35,924 nucleotides of DNA, from contig MCFE01000794.1 of the NCBI GenBank assembly GCA_002104905.1, positions 1 through 35,924 on the forward strand. Reading direction: 5' to 3'. How positions within the stretch are numbered: the stretch's first letter is position 1; every line of letters begins with the position of its first letter. Made by a program: the position numbers and the translations under genes. The DNA is from Basidiobolus meristosporus CBS 931.73 (taxonomy: Eukaryota > Fungi > Basidiobolomycota). The notes beneath the pieces are model-generated. The model was given only the letters and a program-made list of their open reading frames with translations, was not told the DNA's origin and ran no database searches. Positions 33,901 through 35,924 of this stretch are shown here, one piece after another.

Positions 33901-35810
33901 ACTGTCTTGTATTTTGTTTGAACCATAGCTGTTTGCTCCTGTATACCTAATGAGCAGCTCCAAATGTTGGGGTGTATATTGTCAGGCTCTTCATCTTCTT
34001 CCATAACAAGATGTGTCTTCTGGCAAGCAGTATGTGTCCTCTTATTGTTGGGTGTTACACCACAGAAGGTTGACTGTAGTCCTGGATTGGATCCTTGTAT
34101 GGTGTACCATACTGACCCATTGGAATAGTTGGTAGTTGTAGCCTTAGTACTGGTTTCCCATGGTCTACCTAGCAGAAGGTCAAAGTTTGCCTTCTGGCAG
34201 ATGAAGAGGGGAAGCCAGACCTTGATTCCTTGAACCTCAATAGGGAACTTGTGCACTACACCGTAGAGTGGACTAGATCCTGAGTTTGCATCAGTCATGT
34301 TCCATCCAATATCTCTATCAACAGGCAGTAGCTCCTTGCTTCTAAGTGTCTTCCAGAAGTCTAGCGGCATAACACAAATCTCTGAGCCACTGTCAATATG
34401 GCAGTCAACAGGGTCATCATATATATATCCTTTCACCACAGCAGTTGCAACTGAGTAAAAGGTCTTATACTCAGTAGTGTTGTCATCTTTTTGGTGGTCT
34501 TCATGGTTTGTGTGAATAATATGGGTGTCCATATGTTCAACAGCTTGTCGTCTTGTTCTAAGCTGCTCATCAAAGGTCTTCCTAACAGATGGGGATACAC
34601 TCATGATTTCTCCAACCGACAAAGTGAGGTTCTGCTTCAGCAGCTTCTCAGTAATCAGTTGAGGGCTTGAGTAGCTTGTTATCTTTGAGGTCATCTGAAA
34701 GTGAGGCAATGGATCTTGGGTAAGCAGCATACTAGGCCTCTTGTCAATAACAACTTCAGGTTCTTCAAATCGTGGTCTTCTAAGGATGGGTTTGGCAGGT
34801 TCTTCAGGGAGGTGTCTTTTGGTAGCAAAGGCATCAACTTCATATTGTCTGTTGTCAGAGCTGCTTGAATTCACTTTATGAGTCCCAATAGGGGCATCAA
34901 CAGTAATCTTTCTGGTTGCTGAGTCAGATTTCTGGAAAAGGGCTCTCATCCCTCCTCTTCGGAAATTAGTGGGAATCCTTCTTCCTTCCTTGTCAGCAAG
35001 CATTCCATCAGCATCAAACTGTACTGCTCCTTCTCTGAGTAGCTGGCTAAGCTCTGAGCATTCTCGTCTGGCATGCTGAGTAGAGTCACACCAGATGCAG
35101 TGCCTGGGCAAAGGTCTTTGTCCCTCAGTAGCAACCTCAGCTGAGCCATTAATCTTGAGGGCTAGCTTTTGTAGCTGTTCAGCAAGTTGGTCAATTCTGT
35201 CGGTAGTGTAGGTCTGATTGTCAGCAGCAGCACTCCTTGGCTCCTTGGTTGACTGGTCTGGCAGATTAGATGTCAGGAGTCTCATAAAGGTAGAAGTTTG
35301 CTTTGCCTCTAGGAGAACACGTTTCATCTCTGCAAAGCAAGGAATGCCAGACTTGTCATCCTTGGCAGCATGTAAGTCAACTTTCCTTGCCAAGTCCTGG
35401 GGAAGCCCTTGTGCAAGGTAAAGTGTCATGGTAAACTCAGTTATAGCCTGGGACTCTAGGAGTGGCTTGGCCATATCTTCATACTGTTGAATGAACTCTT
35501 CAAGTGGTAGCTTGGAAAGTCCAGTTCTTCCAAAGTGCCTGAGATCTTCAATTCCATAGTATATCTGGGGTCTACCATACTCGGTCTGTAGGTAGGTCTT
35601 CATTAAGGCCCAGTCAGTGAGAATGTCTCCTTGTCTGAGAAGCTTAGTGGTAATATCATTGGTGCAGTAGTAGGGGAAGTCTTCAGCCATTTCTTGTTCA
35701 GATAGGCTGCACATCTTGCAGAGCTTCTCCCATTTGAATATGAAGCTTTCCACATTCTTTCCATCAAACTGTGGGGCTCCATGTGAGAGTGGTAATGGCA
35801 TAGAGTTCAT
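30957..35810 (-). CDS. Uninterrupted Gag-Pol polyprotein (1617 aa) of gypsy C
   Basis: Gag GAPQFDG, CIWCDSTQHARREC knuckle, IDSGSE protease, RT (QGATNS, FVDD), RNase H (TVDAS, ETDAK), integrase (HHCC, GIDL/ADRG/IERG), C-terminal WTGPY. Confidence 0.95.
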   Translation of the reverse strand: MNSMPLPLSHGAPQFDGKNVESFIFKWEKLCKMCSLSEQEMAEDFPYYCTNDITTKLLRQGDILTDWALMKTYLQTEYGRPQIYYGIEDLRHFGRTGLSKLPLEEFIQQYEDMAKPLLESQAITEFTMTLYLAQGLPQDLARKVDLHAAKDDKSGIPCFAEMKRVLLEAKQTSTFMRLLTSNLPDQSTKEPRSAAADNQTYTTDRIDQLAEQLQKLALKINGSAEVATEGQRPLPRHCIWCDSTQHARRECSELSQLLREGAVQFDADGMLADKEGRRIPTNFRRGGMRALFQKSDSATRKITVDAPIGTHKVNSSSSDNRQYEVDAFATKRHLPEEPAKPILRRPRFEEPEVVIDKRPSMLLTQDPLPHFQMTSKITSYSSPQLITEKLLKQNLTLSVGEIMSVSPSVRKTFDEQLRTRRQAVEHMDTHIIHTNHEDHQKDDNTTEYKTFYSVATAVVKGYIYDDPVDCHIDSGSEICVMPLDFWKTLRSKELLPVDRDIGWNMTDANSGSSPLYGVVHKFPIEVQGIKVWLPLFICQKANFDLLLGRPWETSTKATTTNYSNGSVWYTIQGSNPGLQSTFCGVTPNNKRTHTACQKTHLVMEEDEEPDNIHPNIWSCSLGIQEQTAMVQTKYKTVEQKIRPSFTPLTDGSRPADYIRPPEETPDDTRLTPERLKQLIIGDGNLTPEEILLFKETLKRHDKVFSYNDKEMGLLKTLVEKPIKIHTVPHTPWSFKPYPLPRGLQADVHDLLKKKIEAGILEPCHGPYANRWFVTKKKNGKLQFIQDMQPANAVTIRDAAIPPSIDDFAESFSGHSIYSTYDLYSGYDQIPLDETSRDMFALQTPFGLLRMTRLSQGATNSMAQFQRCMVNVLYQFIPEKLAVFVDDIGIKGSKFRDTTEVMPGVRKFVYDHIADNDAILGAIEEAGLTISGEKSSFGVSEISIVGQKCNTFGRSPGDSKTQKICNWPTPTNLTQARGFVAACGFFRIWIPRFSEIAEPIYRLQRKNTPFIWGEEQEEAMQLLKEALVSPPVLRPLDYQNTECPPILTVDASPIGAGALLGQDDEDGNRYACRYESCLFSPREQRYSQIKRELLGVVKMLRKLKSQLYMTHFILETDAKPLIGMINKPDLPDDATNRWMAWLKMFDFEVKHIPGKTNVVADALSRKGPQLFEDLDPHFDDIIDAEIRQIAIKDQERTTWSLIKEYLRTLKKPSWMDIQEFRKLRKKAHHYYLKDDLLFKRVKPGLMPRRVVTTPQEQLNIMTSIHQGEPGGHRGREAIYNTTAQRYYWENMYYDVQHFVESCVACQKRSSKRYEEPLHPTYTICLWQKVGIDLVHMPTAGSKKYLIVARDDLSGWAEAQALPNNKSHTIWRFILEDIICRFGCIRQFVADRGEMTSQMIQELCSKYKIHIAFTTAYHPQANGMIERGHGPLVNSLVKACENNTTLWPQQLHLALWADRITTKRTTGLSPFKLLYGHDCILPVELNTVTWNSLNWRSNMQTEDLLATRIQQLDHHDLNISRAAEQLKDTRLKNKVPFDKSHPTRPKPLSLGDPVLLYDSTLDKQWSRKFDNKWTGPYLISKVIGNGSYYISELDNTQLRAPVAGNRLKLFKHRNFAHQD

Positions 35811-35924
35811 GTTGGGCAGGTAGGTTGGTGTTGTAATCTTGGTAATATCGGTAGTCTCTTTTCAATAGGTGGATAACAGCTCAAATCTTCAGGTAAATCT
35901 TGTTGGGTCCTAGGGAGCTTGTAT

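Larger units (their letters stand above)
29847..35924 (-). mobile_element. Ty3/gypsy element C; 5' LTR lies beyond the window
   Basis: 3' LTR 29847-30917, PPT GAGAGGGGGGTGGA (30918-30931), single long Gag-Pol ORF. Confidence 0.95.

Noticed and set aside
3229-35924. Classical Neurospora-type RIP (CpA>TpA)
   Set aside because: CA and TG dinucleotides are abundant and the diagnostic changes between copies map to CpG.

Overview
Eukaryotic (fungal-looking) window with two sharply different compartments. Bases 1-~3000 are CpG-rich host sequence carrying an intronless cytochrome P450 gene on the minus strand. Bases ~3000-35924 are an almost CpG-free block of nested transposons: two Ty1/copia families, three Ty3/gypsy families (A truncated; B full-length but mutated, with four more LTR copies; C with an uninterrupted 1617-aa Gag-Pol ORF), a solo LTR of a fourth type, a 732-bp foldback element, and two decayed paralogs of an unidentified protein gene (ORF X). 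Most boundaries could be fixed from TG...CA ends, primer-binding sites (PBS), polypurine tracts (PPT) and target-site duplications (TSD). Most interesting signals: (1) the few CpGs left in the intact gypsy C ORF sit mostly in Arg codons; (2) gypsy C-family insertions appear to target a 4-bp CpG-centred site; (3) the foldback has perfect outer and inner ends with ~10-bp-phased motifs; (4) ORF X has a CpG-retaining promoter-like patch, next to a CCCCT/CArG/TATA array. All counts were made by eye, no database searches were run, and the taxon cannot be fixed from this window.
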